DNA of 63,828 nucleotides, filler included, from Klebsormidium nitens (lineage: Eukaryota; Plantae; Klebsormidiophyceae): the NCBI GenBank assembly GCA_000708835.1. It is 3 parts of 3 records of this genome, joined end to end, with 100 filler letters (N's around TTAATTAATTAA, not from the genome) between each part and the next. Parts side by side here need not be neighbours in the genome. Positions count along the whole stretch, not along the records: positions 53,790 to 63,828 come from DF238201.1; 2 more parts are not named here. The stretch is one strand, 5' to 3'. Position 1 is the first letter of the stretch. Each line of letters begins with the position of its first letter. Both the position numbers and the translations under genes were made by a program. The notes under the pieces were generated by a model that did no database searches, had not been told where the DNA came from, and saw nothing but the letters and a program-made list of their open reading frames with translations. This document shows positions 62,167 to 63,828 of the stretch, piece after piece.

Positions 62167-63658
62167 AGTCCGTCCCACCTTCCCTTTATCTTCAGGCAAC
62201 TCCTCAAGCCCTTGCTCATGCGCAAAGAGCTCTGGCAGATTGCAATCCACCGAGCTAATGGCGCTCTCCAAAGCCTCTAGGAATGTTCTCAGGGTACTCA
62301 ACGTCTCGAGAACTCCCGCAAGCACGCTCCACGCCCATTCATCCGGCTTCATCTCAGAATTGGTAGCAACCAAGTCCCTATACAACTGTATCTTTCGCCC
62401 GACCCACATACATTGTCACGGGCTCGCCCGACTTCATCTGGAGAGAATGCAACTCTTGCCTGAGCTGCATTTTCCTTGCATTAGTTTTGCTCTTGTAGAT
62501 CTTTTCAAGGAGATCCTACGCCTCCTTGCGGTTTTGCATCCCTCAATGACCCCAAATGGTGCACCTCAACGTTGAGCCCAATGATGAAGAACGCTTTCTT
62601 TGATTGAGCTGGGTGCGCTACAGGACCCTCAACCCCATTCCATAGATCCTTGGAGGTCCAAGCTTGCGCCTTCAATCCTTAGGCACCGTGGTGCGCCATC
62701 CGTGCGCCGTTGGCCCATGACTTGTTGAAACCCGGCGTTATTGGAAATGAATGATCAACTTCACACAATACATATCGAGTGTTCGGAGTCTAGCGGCGTT
62801 GAAGCTATGTAGTCCGTGTGCTATGCTAGACTCTGTTCACCCGCCCAGACACTTTTTGCCCGCAGCCGCTTCCACTGGGATTCGAATCCTGGACCTTCCG
62901 GTCCCATGCGAGTATAGTCCGATTGGTACCGCGCTTAAATGAGGTACGGGACTTGTGACGTCGGCGTGACGTCAGCACGGTCCGTACTTACAACAAAAGT
63001 ACGTCGGGGTAATAGTGGGCCCTTCCTGGTGTGGACTAGGTTCCAGTCGGCGTTCCACCCTCCAGAGTAACTCGCCGAGTAGTTAAAGAGGGCGTCCGTC
63101 TATACATATCGTCCTGGCTCGTGTTTTCCCGGACTAACTCGGAAGCACATCGTCGCCTAGCACAGTTGGCAAGGGCGTTCAACCTTCACCACGAAATCGA
63201 GCGATCGAAACTCGGTCGGAGCAACTTTTCTCCTTTTTTCGCACGACGCGCAGGTCAAACTTACACCGGTTTTCAAATCTTACGTCACACGGGCAGAATT
63301 TCTGAGCGATTGAAATTCACCGTACGCGGCTGACGTCAGGCGTTACGGGTCACGGGACGCCCTCTTTAACCCGCACAGACTCAACCAAGTAGAGTTACAG
63401 TGCTAGTCTAGGTGTACACTACTAGGCATAGCCAGTAGGCTCAGTTGACTGCCAATAAGCAAGTCCGAAAGTTTCGCGCAAACCTGAATATCTGCGGCTA
63501 TGATCAAATCTACTTGTTATGGCGGTTACTCAATAAGTCATTCGGGTGTAACGCTATAAACCGCGCAATTAAACGCAAACCGCTAACTACTGGTTATCGT
63601 CGAACTCCCGTCAACGTCATCCAAAAGATCGCGCACATTGAATGCCCGAATCTCATTG
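62167..63658 (-). mobile_element. Second decayed Ty1/copia element: 5' LTR (62723-~63658), PBS and gag fragment
   Basis: The LTR is the reverse-complement homolog of 60212-60602 and ends ...TTTCAACA at 62723. It is followed by PBS-like AGTCATGGGCCA (62722-62711) and then gag-like KKAFFIIGLNVEVHHLGSL...A*DLLEKIYKSKTNARKMQLRQELHSLQMKSGEPVTMYVGR. Confidence 0.8.
62834..63377. mobile_element. Unrelated 544-bp solo LTR nested inside the copia LTR
   Basis: Begins TGT (62834) and ends ACA (63377). Perfect 5-bp TSD GACTC at 62829-62833 and 63378-63382. Removing it restores a host LTR of about 387 bp, matching the 391-bp copy. Confidence 0.85.
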
Positions 63659-63828
63659 GAGGTCAACCAGGGTTTCTATACTCGGGACAGTCATTCCGTT
63701 GACATCATCAAGCTCCTGCGCACGCCCCATGCGAACGGCCAAACATCGGACCATTTCGTCCTCGCCCAACAAGAAGGCCTTGCTTCGCAGCGACCACTGG
63801 CCTGGCCTGCATCTGTTGAGATTCACCT

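Noticed and set aside
62855-62935. tRNA gene
   Set aside because: Only a T-arm-like motif is present, with no cloverleaf, acceptor stem or clear anticodon arm. It is kept only as a low-interest motif.

Overview
Eukaryotic, intron-rich, moderately GC-rich genomic DNA. It is most consistent with a streptophyte (charophyte) green alga such as Klebsormidium; this is an inference from plant-type MRS2, APY7-like and BGAL17-like genes together with ZC2HC1-like and PPM1G-like genes. The left part (1-30 kb) is gene-dense: PP2C (+), AP-4 sigma (-), GH35 beta-galactosidase (+), a two-finger C2HC protein (-), an MRS2 Mg2+ transporter (+) and a collagen-like/mucin-like Pro/Thr glycoprotein (-). The middle (31-53 kb) holds foldback elements, an APY7-like apyrase (-), and two diverged, inverted copies of an unknown multi-exon gene flanking the apyrase. 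The right end (54-64 kb) is decayed transposon sequence: a possible LINE remnant and nested Ty1/copia fragments with solo LTRs. The most striking unexplained structures are: (i) an array of tandemly duplicated branch-point/3' splice-site/exon-start units in an MRS2 intron, whose three intact acceptors all lead to premature stops; (ii) a ~230-aa insertion bounded by RRxL motifs inside the apyrase catalytic domain; (iii) a 9-nt micro-exon encoding the core of the PP2C DGHGG motif; (iv) the inverted paralog pair, which also supplies the empty site for a TIR element. Exon boundaries were read by eye and are approximate where stated. No database search was possible.
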